DNA of 64,000 bases from positions 160,001-224,000 of the forward strand of contig CAVUWV010000020.1 in the NCBI GenBank assembly GCA_963745075.1, in the 5' to 3' direction. Shown here piece by piece: positions 40,763 to 51,318 of this stretch. The stretch comes from Candidatus Hydrogenedentota bacterium (lineage in GTDB: Bacteria; Hydrogenedentota; Hydrogenedentia; Hydrogenedentales; SLHB01). The notes beneath the pieces were generated by a model. That model saw only the letters and a program-made list of their open reading frames with translations, ran no database searches and had not been told where the DNA came from. The translations under genes and the position numbers were made by a program. Within the stretch, counting starts at the first letter, position 1. Every line of letters begins with the position of its first letter.

Positions 40763-42988
40763 TTATCGCCAATGCTTGTTCGGCTTGCCTCTACCTGTCC
40801 TATGCCCGTCTCGGTGGCCCTGGGAATGGTAGCGCGAAGGGCCGGTTGCTGAATATGCAGTGGCGTTGTACTCTGGCAAGAATTCGATGAGGGAAATCGC
40901 CAACTGAATCTCTGCGGCCAGTTCCTCTTTCTCACTGGACGGGAGGATCCAGTCCGGCGGATTGCGCTCGCCGTCGAGTTTATTCAGGAGGCTCTCCAGT
41001 TCCTCGATTGCCGCGTCGTATGCACCGGCCGCGACCAACCTTGCGGCCGCTTCCAGTTTGTTCGTCATCGCGCCGATCCGTCCGGCGGCGCACTTCGCGT
41101 TATTGGCGTCGATGAGTTTGGGCGGCAAGGACCCGACAACGATTCCGGTTTCCTGAATCGTTGCGACGATGTAGTCGACCGGCACGCCCGGTTCCAGCGG
41201 CGTTGGATCGTTGCCATCGATCACCCCGTCACCGTCGGTGTCGGGATCGCAGAAGCTGGTGCCGACCACCAGGTACTCATCCCCGTCGGACAGGCCATCC
41301 CCGTCCGAGTCCCCGACGTACGGGTCCGGACAGGCGCCACCGTTTGCCAGGCTGACTTCGAGTCCGTCCAATAGCCCGTCGCCATCCGTGTCGATGATAT
41401 CGTCGGTGGGATCGAGCGGGTCGGTACCGTCGATCAGCACCTCTTCCCCGTCACCGATCCCGCCGCCGTCGGTATCGATTGCGAGCGGGTTGGTGCCGTA
41501 ATCGAGAACTTCATCGCCGTCCCATAAGCCGTCCCCGTCGGTATCGGCCTTGGTGGGATCGGTGCCGTATACGCCGGTTTCGTCGGCGTCGGTCAGGCCG
41601 TCGCCGTCGGAATCCACGTTAACAACGACGGCTTCGAGACTCAATACCCAGACCGCGCCATGGGCGAAACCACCGCCACCGTCGTAATACGCGCCCACGC
41701 CTATTTCCGGGACACCGTCGGAGTCCAAATCGCCCAGTGAGCTAATTGCGTTCCCGAAACGATCGCCCGCCACCAGCGGCCCCGTGAAATTGCCGAAAAG
41801 CGCGCTGACCTTTCGATAGTCGTGGACGGTACCGTCGCCGTTCATGAACAACACGTACACGGCGCCGGCGGTATTGGCGCCGTCATCGTCGCCGTAGGCG
41901 CCCGCGGCCAAATCGTTGATTCCGTCATTATCGAGATCGGGCAGGGCCGCGACGGCGTTGCCGAACCAATCCGTATTCTCCAGGGGTCCCGTGAATCCGC
42001 CCGCCGTACTACTGATCTTTTGCTCCGACTTCACGGTGCCGTCCGCGTTCAGAAAAAGGATCCAGACCGCGCCACGGACGGATCCGCCGTCGTCGTCGCC
42101 CATCGCGCCGACCGCCAGGTCCGGGACCCCGTCCATATCGAGGTCACCGATCCCCGCCACGGAGGTGCCAAAATTGTCGAAGTTATCGAGTGCAGGCGCG
42201 AAACCGCCTTCCAGGTCACTGATCTTCTGATGGGACTTGACGGTTCCGTCGGCGTTCAGAAAAAGGATCCAGACCGCGCCGCGGTTGGTGCCGCCATCGT
42301 CGTCGGTCCAGGAGCAGACGGCCAGTTCAGGAACCGCGTCGCCGTCGAGATCGCCCAAGGATGCGATGGCGTTCCCGAAGTTGTCGAAGAACCCCAACAA
42401 TCCAGTAAAGCCTCCCGCCGCAGCACTGATCTTCTGGTGAGACTTGACGGTTCCGTCGGCGTTCAGGAAAAGGATCCAGACCGCGCCAAAATCCGTGGCG
42501 CCGTCATCGTCGTTCATGGCGCCCACGGCCAGGTCCATAACGCCGTCCCCGTCCAGGTCTCCCAGCGAGCACACCGACGAACCGAACAGATCGCTGTTAT
42601 CGAGTGAGCCGGTGAAGCTGCCTTCGGTGGAACTGATCTTCTGGTGGGCTTTGACCGTGCCATCCTCGTTCAGGAACAACACCCAAACGGCGCCTCGGTC
42701 ATTCCCGCCATCGTCATCATAGATGCTGCCGACGGCGGCATCGCCGATCCCATCACCGTTGAGATCGCCGACCGAGCACACCGAGTACCCGAACTGGTCG
42801 TTGCTGTCGAGGGGCCCGGAGAAGTTCCCCTGGAGACTGTTGATCTTCTGTTCGTCGACCACTTCCCCGGGAAGCGCGAATGCGACCAACGAAGCAAACA
42901 GACATCCGATCAACAGGAAGCTGAAGGGGGGCAGATTGCGGACAGGCGGCAACCCGCGGGCGGAATACTTACGCGTGTGTGCAACCAT
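40763..42988 (-). CDS. Secreted FG-GAP/integrin-alpha beta-propeller protein with Ca-binding DxDGDG repeats
   Basis: Six ~69-aa repeats (DxFGxxV...GDLDGDGVxDLAVGA..DDDG...GAVW.LF; 207-bp DNA period), six D(S/T)DGDG-type repeats, helical C-terminal domain. Confidence 0.85.
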   Translation of the reverse strand: MVAHTRKYSARGLPPVRNLPPFSFLLIGCLFASLVAFALPGEVVDEQKINSLQGNFSGPLDSNDQFGYSVCSVGDLNGDGIGDAAVGSIYDDDGGNDRGAVWVLFLNEDGTVKAHQKISSTEGSFTGSLDNSDLFGSSVCSLGDLDGDGVMDLAVGAMNDDDGATDFGAVWILFLNADGTVKSHQKISAAAGGFTGLLGFFDNFGNAIASLGDLDGDAVPELAVCSWTDDDGGTNRGAVWILFLNADGTVKSHQKISDLEGGFAPALDNFDNFGTSVAGIGDLDMDGVPDLAVGAMGDDDGGSVRGAVWILFLNADGTVKSEQKISSTAGGFTGPLENTDWFGNAVAALPDLDNDGINDLAAGAYGDDDGANTAGAVYVLFMNGDGTVHDYRKVSALFGNFTGPLVAGDRFGNAISSLGDLDSDGVPEIGVGAYYDGGGGFAHGAVWVLSLEAVVVNVDSDGDGLTDADETGVYGTDPTKADTDGDGLWDGDEVLDYGTNPLAIDTDGGGIGDGEEVLIDGTDPLDPTDDIIDTDGDGLLDGLEVSLANGGACPDPYVGDSDGDGLSDGDEYLVVGTSFCDPDTDGDGVIDGNDPTPLEPGVPVDYIVATIQETGIVVGSLPPKLIDANNAKCAAGRIGAMTNKLEAAARLVAAGAYDAAIEELESLLNKLDGERNPPDWILPSSEKEELAAEIQLAISLIEFLPEYNATAYSATGPSRYHSQGHRDGHRTGRGKPNKHWR

Positions 42989-43286
42989 ACTTTTCCACTC
43001 CTATGTGTGGCAAAAGCACGGTCGCCGGACGCATGGTGCGTCCCATAAACAGTCCCATATGGCCACCCTACAACGCGCGCTCGTTGGCGCTGATTACCCC
43101 CGTCGCAGGGAAGCACCCGGATTGTACCATCTAAGTCGATGACTCGTGCGCGAAAGGCCCACCGAGAAAATACAGAAGCCCACAATTGTGCGAAATTCAA
43201 CAGTCGTGTATCGTTGAGAGACAGTAACTTACGAAAAAAGTCTTTTTGTGTCATTTTTCCGTTGTTGCACGGAAGACACGGCGAAT

Positions 43287-43590
43287 ATGCCTCGCATTTC
43301 CCTTTATTCCACCGGCCTGAATTATCGCAACCCGGTTCCGAATGTCCGGTCATGGCAAGTCCACTTCCCATCCCTCGTTGAGTTGCCGAATGAGGAGCTG
43401 CTCGCGTCCTTCGAGTTGGGAAGCGCAAGGGAAAACCTCGACACAATCGTGCGAATCGCGATCGCAACACGGCGGGCAGACGTGGTCGGAACCGATCGAG
43501 GTTTATGAACCGAGGGGATTCGACTTTCCCGCGTCCGCGCTGAGACGTCTGAGTAAAATGCGCAACGGGGCGCTGATTGCGGCGTTCTAG
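43287..43590 (+). pseudogene. N-terminal remnant of a BNR/Asp-box (sialidase-like) gene
   Basis: MPRISLY...YRNP.P...HFPSLVELPN.ELLASF, then after a frameshift SQHGGQTWSEP (degenerate Asp-box); ends after about 100 codons. Confidence 0.6.
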
Positions 43591-43790
43591 CGCATCGAAG
43601 ATCGCGCCGCGCGCATTCGGTGATTTCGCCTGACGCTCGACACAGCGCGAAAGCCGTCGTCAATATCCGCCAAATCTCTCGCGAGCATGAGTGGACTCGG
43701 GGTCACGACGGGCATATACTGCGGCCCGCGTGTAAATGATGGCGCGCGTCGCACTCTGGTCTCCTGCGCGGAAAGGGGAAACACTCACAC

Positions 43791-44891
43791 GTGGTTCAGG
43801 TAAAGGCGGCATTCATACACGAACGCTACGTCTGGTTGGACCAGGCCCGTGGCATCATTGCGTTGCTGTTCATTATCTCCGCGCTCACGTGGGCCCATCG
43901 AGGTGATTTGCTCTTGGGTGTGCCACTACTCGGCCCGACCTACCTCGACCACGGGTACAATTACTACAACGGATCTCCGCCGATGATTACGCTCATCGAT
44001 GTGGGACAGTCTATCTTTCTCTTCTTCGTCGGCCTGACCGGGTACATCGCATTCTCCAGCCGCCTCCGAAAACGCGGCGCAAAGGGCGCTTTGGTATACG
44101 GCTTGCAGCGCGTGCTGATGCTTTACGTGCTTAGTGTCATGGGGGAGTTGATTGGTGACGCATCCGGTGAGGCCGGGCTCAACATCGGATTACTCATGGA
44201 GAAATTCGACTGGCAGATGGTCTTTTTGAAAGACATCATGGCCGTCATCGCCGCCGGCGCCGCCGCGACCTATCTGGCGGTGTATTTTGTGCCCAACGCG
44301 GATCGCCGGGCCTGGATCGCCATCGGCATCTTTGCGGTGCACGCGCTTGCCTATGCAGCGTACGTGGTCGATCGGCACTCCTCTGTCGACGACGTATTGG
44401 GCCTCCCTCAGTTACCCATCGGGACCATCGCGCTGGCGGGCCTGTCCATTCTCGGCTCGTGTTTTGGACAATGGCTGCGATACGATCCCGAGGATGTTCT
44501 CGTCGGCATGCGCAAGCGCATCGTTCCCGTGACAGGGTATTGCCTGCTGGTTTCCTACTGCCTGGAGTGGATCCAGCACAGCGATCCGCACGACGACACG
44601 GCGGCGCTCATGCTCCTTGCTGCGGGCCTCTCGGGGCTCTTGCTGGTGTTTATGTACGGCCTGAACAGCATCGGAATCGAACTGCCCATTCTTACACCGT
44701 TGGGTAAGAACCTGTTGCTCGTATTCATAATTGGAGCTATCGGGTTCGACTTCTATTTCGAGCTGATTCCCGATTGGTTGATCTACGGCTATCCCTTCGG
44801 AGCGCTGCTCTTCATCGGATTCCTCCCCTTGTATGCCTTGGTGCTGCTGACCCGGTTTCTGGATCGGCACAACATCATCATTCGGGTGTAG
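43791..44891 (+). CDS. HGSNAT/DUF1624-like membrane acyltransferase
   Basis: LDQARG, TLID....IFLFFVG; many TM helices. Confidence 0.6.
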   Translation: MVQVKAAFIHERYVWLDQARGIIALLFIISALTWAHRGDLLLGVPLLGPTYLDHGYNYYNGSPPMITLIDVGQSIFLFFVGLTGYIAFSSRLRKRGAKGALVYGLQRVLMLYVLSVMGELIGDASGEAGLNIGLLMEKFDWQMVFLKDIMAVIAAGAAATYLAVYFVPNADRRAWIAIGIFAVHALAYAAYVVDRHSSVDDVLGLPQLPIGTIALAGLSILGSCFGQWLRYDPEDVLVGMRKRIVPVTGYCLLVSYCLEWIQHSDPHDDTAALMLLAAGLSGLLLVFMYGLNSIGIELPILTPLGKNLLLVFIIGAIGFDFYFELIPDWLIYGYPFGALLFIGFLPLYALVLLTRFLDRHNIIIRV

Positions 44892-44964
44892 CCGGGATTT
44901 CTCACGACGACGCGATACACCACGAGAACGGCGTCGTTTATCGCGCCGAAGAACAAGGGGTCCT

Positions 44965-46509
44965 TCATCGGGGACGGGCCCAACGTTCCTGCGGTAAATG
45001 GAGCACGTCGATGTCGAGGGTGTCATTCAATTGATCTGGCCCCGGCGTGCTGCGACCGCGAGCGACATAGTCGTTGAGGAGGTTGAGTAAATCCTGGACC
45101 ATCTCAGGATGCGTCGCGCTCAGGTCCCGGGTCTCGGCCCAGTCAACATCGACGTTGTATAGTTCGAACGTTGGGTCCTTGTCTTTCTCCGCATAGATGA
45201 TGAGTTTCCAGGGTCCCCGCCGGATGCCGAACCGGCCCCAGCGATCGTGATGCACGATAGCCTTACGCACAGGACGCCGGGTCTTGCCGCGGAAAACGGG
45301 CAGCATGTCAAAGCTATCTTCGCCGGCAGTGGCCGGGACATTAGCACCGATGACGTTGGCGCAAGTAGCCATGATGTCGGTCAGACAGATCAACCGATCG
45401 GTCGAAGTCCCGGGTTCGATCTGCCCGGGCCAGCGCACGATGAACGGCACGCGGTGGCCGCCTTCCCAAATTTGGGCCTTGTGTCCGCGGTACGGCCCGC
45501 TGGGCTGGTGACCGGCCGCAATCAATTCCTCCCAACCGGTGTAGTGGGAGTGGCCGTTATCGGCGGTGAAGATCACCAGCGTGTTATCCGCAACCCCGGC
45601 ATCGTCGAGGGCCTGGATTACCTGGCCGGCCGACCAGTCTGTTTCCATGACCAAATCGGCAACCGGCGCAATTCCGCTCTTGCCTTTGAATGGTTCGGAC
45701 GGCGCGATAGGCTCGTGAGGTGTGGTCATGGAAAAGTACAGGAAGAAGGGAGATTCCTCCTGCGCTTGTTGGTGGACGTAGTTCACGGCGCGCTCGGTAG
45801 TGGTCGGCAGGATCTCGTCGAAGCGCCACCCCGGCGCCATGGGAGCCCCCGGAAATCCGATGTGCATTTCGCGGTCTTCCACGTTCTTTGCGGTCGGCTG
45901 AATCAGGATATGGTCGTTCTCGATAAACGTGAAGGGCGGGAAGTTGGGGACGTGCGTTCCGAAATAGTAATCGAATCCGCGCGTCGTGGGGCCGGATTCG
46001 ATGGGCGCGGTGAAATCCGGTTTCTTCGCGCGGCCTTCGCCTTCCCCACTCCAATCCCAGCCCAAGTGCCACTTACCGAAACACGCCGTGTGATACCCGT
46101 GTTGTTGGAGCATTTTCGGGAGCGTCAGTCGATCTTCGGCAATGAGCGGCGGTTCGTAGGCGTCGATGACCCACTCCTGCAGGCAGGTGCGCCAGGCGTA
46201 GCGTCCCGTCAGTAACCCGTAGCGCGTCGGCGTGCACACCGCCGAACCGCTGTGGGCGTCGGTGAAAACCAGCCCTTCCTCGGCAAACGTATCCAAGAAA
46301 GGCGTTGGAATCTTGCCGCGAGGGTATAGCGATTGCACGTCCCCCACGCCCATGTCATCGGCAAGAATCACGACAATATTCGGGAAACCCGGCCGGTACG
46401 GATCACGGGTCTGACAAGCCGCCACGGAACCCGCCAGTGCAACGGTGGAGGTTCGCAGAAAGGCTCTGCGGCTCACGTTGCGCGTCTTGTTCGTGTCGGA
46501 TCGCTCCAT
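44965..46509 (-). CDS. Arylsulfatase (Cys-type, S1) with Tat-lipoprotein signal
   Basis: SRRAFL...VAAC; NIVVILADDMG, CTPTRYGLLTGRY, GKWHLG, ADNG, EGGHRVPFIVRWP. Confidence 0.93.
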   Translation of the reverse strand: MERSDTNKTRNVSRRAFLRTSTVALAGSVAACQTRDPYRPGFPNIVVILADDMGVGDVQSLYPRGKIPTPFLDTFAEEGLVFTDAHSGSAVCTPTRYGLLTGRYAWRTCLQEWVIDAYEPPLIAEDRLTLPKMLQQHGYHTACFGKWHLGWDWSGEGEGRAKKPDFTAPIESGPTTRGFDYYFGTHVPNFPPFTFIENDHILIQPTAKNVEDREMHIGFPGAPMAPGWRFDEILPTTTERAVNYVHQQAQEESPFFLYFSMTTPHEPIAPSEPFKGKSGIAPVADLVMETDWSAGQVIQALDDAGVADNTLVIFTADNGHSHYTGWEELIAAGHQPSGPYRGHKAQIWEGGHRVPFIVRWPGQIEPGTSTDRLICLTDIMATCANVIGANVPATAGEDSFDMLPVFRGKTRRPVRKAIVHHDRWGRFGIRRGPWKLIIYAEKDKDPTFELYNVDVDWAETRDLSATHPEMVQDLLNLLNDYVARGRSTPGPDQLNDTLDIDVLHLPQERWARPR

Positions 46510-46959
46510 ACCAGGTGCTCTCCTCTCGTCATCGACGGATTGTATGGTGTTCCGTAACTTCATGGCGACATGTGATGAGCCAGCATAGCAGATCCGGCTC
46601 CGGCGCGGCGGTCGGACGGTGCGGTCCGGTACGCTGATTTGGTGAGGCAACGAACGGTTGTTAGTGGGAGAACGAACTGACGTGGAAACGAAACGACCGG
46701 CCGACGCGAGGTGGCAAGTCCCTCCCATGGTTTCCTGCCGCCATAACCGCACGGTTCGTCGCCAACCATTGTGTCGCCGATCAATGCCACGACGACTCCC
46801 ACAAGCCATTGAAGCGCTTTGCGTTGCACCCAGCCACCCATACCCGTCGCACCGTGGGCGACGGCAGTCAGGATTGAAACGTTACCGAACTCGGTCTATC
46901 ATGCACTCGTTCGCGCGGCCTGCGGGGAAATGGCGCCGCGCACTGAAAGGGGGCATTAG

Positions 46960-48285
46960 ATGTCTACGCAAGGTGTATCGATTTCCAACCGACCTTCCCG
47001 CCGTGACTTCCTGATTGCTTCGGGCGCCGCGACCGCGAGCGTGTCGCTGGGGCTGGGCAGCCGCGCATACGGCGCGTCGGTCGAGAAACTTGCCGTCGCG
47101 GGTGGACCCAAAGCGGTTACCGTCGATACGAGCGACGCCACGAAATGGCCGCAATACGGCGAAACCGAGGAGCAGGCCGTCCTCAAGCTGCTGCGTGCGC
47201 CGAACTACGATCCCAATGGGGAACTGGAAAAGGAATGGGCGGAGTTTCTGGATGTGCCGTACTGCTCGTCGCACTGCAACGGCACGAGCGCCTTGTGTTC
47301 TATGTTCTTCGCGTTGAACCTGCCGCCGGGCAGCGAAATCATGGTGCCGAGTTATACGTTCTTCGCCACGATCGTGCCCATGCGTCTGTTCGGTTTCGTT
47401 CCCAATTTTGTCGACATCAATCCGCGCACGCTGAACTTCGACCTCGAAGACGCCAAGAAGCGGCTCACACCGAACACCAAGGCCGTCTTGCCGGTGCACT
47501 GGATTGGCTTGCCGGCCGACATGGACCATATCAGCGATTGGGCCAACGAGAAAGGTCTGATCGTTCTCGAAGATTCGGCGCATGCGCACGGCGCCAGCCT
47601 TAAAGGCAAGAGAATGGGGTCCTGGGGCCGGATGAGCATTTTCAGCTATCAGGCGTCCAAACCGCTCCCGGCGATCGAGGGCGGCATGGGCGTGTACCAG
47701 AATGAGGAAGACTTCGGCCGCGCGACGGCCTTCGGCAATTACGATATGCGCGGCATGACCGAAAACATGCCGTACTACAAGTACAAGGGTTCGGGGCTGG
47801 GCCTGAAATTCCGGATGCACCCCATCGCGGCGGAACTCGCGCGGTGCCAGTTGCACGGCTTGGTCGAGCGCAACGACGCCGGCGCGGCGCAGGTACGGAG
47901 CCTTAACGACCGCATCCTCGAACTTCCAGGGCTCTACGAACAGTCCAGTCACCGGGACGACGTGCATCGCCTGTATTACGCGTGGAACATGCTCTTCATC
48001 GACGAGGCGGAAGTCGGCGTATCGCGGGATAAGCTGATCGAGGCCCTGACCGCGGAGGGCGTCAACGTCACCGGACGTCACTACACGCTGCAACATGAAC
48101 TGCCGCTCTATGCGGAAGAACAGTGGTGGCACCACAAGCCCGTGATCCCTGAACTGCCGGGGTCCACGCAAGCCAACGACACGTGTCTCGGGCTGCCATT
48201 TTTCACGAAGCAGGTACCGGAACTTTGCGACCAGTACGCGAATGCCTTCGAGAAGGTCTGGGCGCACCGCAAGGAACTTGCGTGA
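46960..48285 (+). CDS. DegT/DnrJ/EryC1/StrS PLP aminotransferase with twin-arginine signal
   Basis: SRRDFL + hydrophobic stretch + AYG; NGTSAL, PSYTFFAT, PVHW.G, EDSAHAHG, FSYQASK(PLP Lys)...EGG. Confidence 0.9.
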   Translation: MSTQGVSISNRPSRRDFLIASGAATASVSLGLGSRAYGASVEKLAVAGGPKAVTVDTSDATKWPQYGETEEQAVLKLLRAPNYDPNGELEKEWAEFLDVPYCSSHCNGTSALCSMFFALNLPPGSEIMVPSYTFFATIVPMRLFGFVPNFVDINPRTLNFDLEDAKKRLTPNTKAVLPVHWIGLPADMDHISDWANEKGLIVLEDSAHAHGASLKGKRMGSWGRMSIFSYQASKPLPAIEGGMGVYQNEEDFGRATAFGNYDMRGMTENMPYYKYKGSGLGLKFRMHPIAAELARCQLHGLVERNDAGAAQVRSLNDRILELPGLYEQSSHRDDVHRLYYAWNMLFIDEAEVGVSRDKLIEALTAEGVNVTGRHYTLQHELPLYAEEQWWHHKPVIPELPGSTQANDTCLGLPFFTKQVPELCDQYANAFEKVWAHRKELA

Positions 48286-48338
48286 GCGTGTCCGTGCCAC
48301 GGGAGCGACTACTGCTTCGTACATACCTTTGAGACAAC

Positions 48339-48466
48339 CTCGTAATCGTAATCGAGGCTTTGGTCTCAAATAGAACGGGAAAGACGATTTCGGTCGAATC
48401 CTGCACTTTGACCTGAATTTGATGGTGTTTTGTCGATTACGACAACGATTACGAGCGCGATTACGA
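48339..48466. repeat. Intergenic CGATTACGA short-repeat element, inverted arrangement
   Basis: CTCGTAATCGTAATCG (48339-48354) faces three CGATTACGA copies at 12-bp period (48434, 48446, 48458). Confidence 0.7.
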
Positions 48467-48524
48467 TCGGGGAAGTCGTCGTGGGTTAACCTGCGTTTCA
48501 TGGTGTCAATAGAGGGGGTTCTGT

Positions 48525-49382
48525 ATGAACAGGGGAATCATCGGGATTCTTTGTGTCTGTTGCGGGCTTTCGATGACCGCGGGATGCGCGTCCACCGCGG
48601 GTGGAATGCAAGACAACGCGCCGTGGCCGTTGGCGGTGCGCATCATGAGCTACGGCGACTATCAGGAGGCCGGGTGGGCGCAGCTTCAGCAGATCGGCGT
48701 CAAGTACATCTTTATGTCGGTGCCCGCGCCCGGTGAGGTGGACGCTGCCAAACAGAAGCTGGCGCGGTATGAGCTGACGCCGCTCGTGTTTCGTGGCAGC
48801 GCGGACCTGAGCAAGGAAACCTTTGCCCAGGACCTCGAGCCGCAGCTTGCGGTCTGCGAAGCGATGGGTGTGAAGTACCTGTTCCTTTCGGCCAAGCGGG
48901 GAGATGCGCCCAAGGAAGCCGCATATCAACGGCTGCGCGCCGCAGGTGACAAAGCAAAGAAACACCGCGTCACCATTGCGCTGGAAACCCACCCGGATCT
49001 CGGCACGAACGGCGCGGTTCAGGTCGAAACGATGAAGTCGGTCAACCATCCCAATATCCGCGTCAATTTCGACACCGCGAACATCACGTACTACAATCAC
49101 GACACGAGCGCCGTGGATGAACTCAAGAAGAGCATCGATTACGTGGCCACGGTCGAGTTCAAGGACCACAACGGCGGATTCGAGACATGGGACTTCCCCG
49201 TTCTGGGTCAGGGCAACGTGGACATCCCATCCATCATTTCCATGCTGCGCGCGAAAGGGTACGCCGGGCCGGTGACACTCGAATTCGAAGGGACGGAAGG
49301 CGTCAAACTCGATCAGGAACAGACCCTGCAGGCCATCGCCGATTGTGTCGCATACGCGCGATCCGTGGGTAACTTCAACTAG
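48525..49382 (+). CDS. Sugar phosphate isomerase/epimerase (AP endonuclease 2/xylose isomerase-like TIM barrel) lipoprotein
   Basis: Lipobox TAG-C; IALETH, NFDTAN, EFKD, G.G.VD, GY.GP.TLE. Confidence 0.85.
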   Translation: MNRGIIGILCVCCGLSMTAGCASTAGGMQDNAPWPLAVRIMSYGDYQEAGWAQLQQIGVKYIFMSVPAPGEVDAAKQKLARYELTPLVFRGSADLSKETFAQDLEPQLAVCEAMGVKYLFLSAKRGDAPKEAAYQRLRAAGDKAKKHRVTIALETHPDLGTNGAVQVETMKSVNHPNIRVNFDTANITYYNHDTSAVDELKKSIDYVATVEFKDHNGGFETWDFPVLGQGNVDIPSIISMLRAKGYAGPVTLEFEGTEGVKLDQEQTLQAIADCVAYARSVGNFN

Positions 49383-49398
49383 CGGGAGACGTGGAATC

Positions 49399-51120
49399 AT
49401 GCCGGTGACGCAGGGGCACTTCGAGTTTCCCGACATTTTGATGATTGTGGGGTATTTCGTACTGATGCTCGGGATCGGCGCGTACTTCTACAATCGCATG
49501 CGCCGCATGAAGGATTTCTTCAGCGGCGGTAACCGTATCCCGTGGTGGCTGAGCGGCGTCTCGTTTTACATGAGCAGTTTCAGCGTCGCGGCCTTCGTCT
49601 TTTATCCCGGCCTGTGTTATCGCTACGGCTGGGTGGGTATTACCCTGTTGTGGGTGGCGATCCCGGCAACGATCTTCAGCGTGATGCTTTTCGCCGTCCG
49701 CTGGCGAAGGGCGCGGATCGATAGTCCGGTCGAGTACCTTGAAACGCGGTACAGCTCGTTCCTCCGGCAACTCTTCGCGTGGCACGGCATTCCGGTTAGA
49801 ATGGTGGACGACGGGATTAAACTCACCGCAACGGCGACGTTTATCTCAGTTTGCGCCAACGTCAGTCTCACGAATAGCATTCTCGCAGCGGGCATCATTA
49901 TTCTCATCTACACGTTTATGGGTGGTCTCTGGGCGGTGACCGTAACGGACTTCATTCAGTTTGTGGTCCTCGCGGTGGGTGTCATCATCATCCTCCCCCT
50001 TTCGATAGCAAAGGCAGGGGGTATCAACACCGTCCTTACCCAGGTTCCCGAAGGGTTCTTTCGTTTGACGTCGGACGAATACGGCTGGAGCTACATCATA
50101 CCGCTCGTACTCATGTATGCCCTGGCCTGGAGCAGTATCAATTGGTCGCTTATCCAGCGGTATTACTGCGTGCCGAGAGAGCGCGACGCGCTCAAAGTGG
50201 GCTGGCTCGTGGTGGCGCTCTACGTGATAGGTCCGCCTCTCATGTTTTTTCCAGCCATTGCGGCGCGGCAATTCATTCCCGAGTTGGAGGATGCGGGGCA
50301 GATTTATCCCCTACTTTGCACACAGCTCCTGCCCGCCGGCATGCTCGGTCTCGCCGTGGCCGCCATGTTCGCAGCGACCATGTCGACGTTGAGTTCCGAC
50401 TACAACGTGTGCGCGGGGGTATTGACGAACGACGTATACCGCCGCCTGGTTCGGCCCGACGCGTCGCAGAAAGAGCTTGTGCTCGTAGGACGGTTCATGA
50501 CTTTACTCGTCGGAATCGTGGCACTCCTCACCGCGATCCTCATGTCTCACGGCGCTGCCGAAGGACTATTCCCGAAGATGGTCACGCTGTTTGGTCTGGC
50601 CACCGCGCCGGTAGCGGTGCCCATGTTGCTGGGTCTCGTGTCGCGGCGGTTCACGAATCTCAGCGCAGTGCTCGGGTGCGTGTTCGGACTCGCCGTGGGA
50701 CTAGCGCTATTCCTATTCGGCCCAAAAGACGAACTGACGATCGCCGGTCTGACGATGAAAATGGAAATCGTTCTCATTTTGAGTACCGCTACAGTAACGT
50801 TAGCCGTCATGATCGTCGTGAGCGCGATCGCGCCGGCGGGTCCCTCGGCACAGGCCCGTACCGACGAGTTCTTGCGCCGCATTGAAATTCCAATTGGCGA
50901 CCTTCCCGAAGACGAGGATTCGGCCTCTACTGAAGGCGCCTTTTCGCCCTTCCGGGTCGTGGGGATCTCGGTTGGTTTGATTGGGCTGCTGTTGCTGGGC
51001 GTCCTTCCCTGGGTCAGTGGCCGGACGGAAGTCTTGCTCGCAGGAGCAATCGGTGCGATCCTCGCGGTGGTGGGAGGTCTTGTGACGTGGGCCAGTAAAA
51101 GGCCGGTCCAGGCGTCGTAA
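49399..51120 (+). CDS. Sodium:solute symporter (SSS family)
   Basis: DFFSGG.RIPWWL.G.S, EYLE.RY, YTFMGG.WAV..TD..Q, QRY, AATMSTLSS. Confidence 0.93.
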   Translation: MPVTQGHFEFPDILMIVGYFVLMLGIGAYFYNRMRRMKDFFSGGNRIPWWLSGVSFYMSSFSVAAFVFYPGLCYRYGWVGITLLWVAIPATIFSVMLFAVRWRRARIDSPVEYLETRYSSFLRQLFAWHGIPVRMVDDGIKLTATATFISVCANVSLTNSILAAGIIILIYTFMGGLWAVTVTDFIQFVVLAVGVIIILPLSIAKAGGINTVLTQVPEGFFRLTSDEYGWSYIIPLVLMYALAWSSINWSLIQRYYCVPRERDALKVGWLVVALYVIGPPLMFFPAIAARQFIPELEDAGQIYPLLCTQLLPAGMLGLAVAAMFAATMSTLSSDYNVCAGVLTNDVYRRLVRPDASQKELVLVGRFMTLLVGIVALLTAILMSHGAAEGLFPKMVTLFGLATAPVAVPMLLGLVSRRFTNLSAVLGCVFGLAVGLALFLFGPKDELTIAGLTMKMEIVLILSTATVTLAVMIVVSAIAPAGPSAQARTDEFLRRIEIPIGDLPEDEDSASTEGAFSPFRVVGISVGLIGLLLLGVLPWVSGRTEVLLAGAIGAILAVVGGLVTWASKRPVQAS

Positions 51121-51245
51121 TACGACACGGGATATCGGAGCTGAATCACCTCGCACTGTACCCGGGAAATCACGTGCCAAGCCTTTGTTTGACGGCTCAG
51201 TCACAAGATGGAATCCCGCTCGAGTCCCATTCCGAGTCCTAACAA

Positions 51246-51277
51246 CGAGAGGCGGCCGGTAGTCCGGCCGCCTCTCG
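51246..51277. terminator. GC-rich hairpin between convergent genes (probable terminator)
   Basis: Perfect 14-bp stem CGAGAGGCGGCCGG-tagt-CCGGCCGCCTCTCG; only a weak T-rich tail on the minus strand. Confidence 0.65.
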
Positions 51278-51318
51278 CGTGCAATCTGTCCAACGTCGCG
51301 TTCGGACGTATATAGAAA

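Noticed and set aside
46510..46959. Structured RNA or small gene between the sulfatase and DegT genes
   Set aside because: No convincing hairpin set, RBS-linked ORF or known riboswitch motif was seen.
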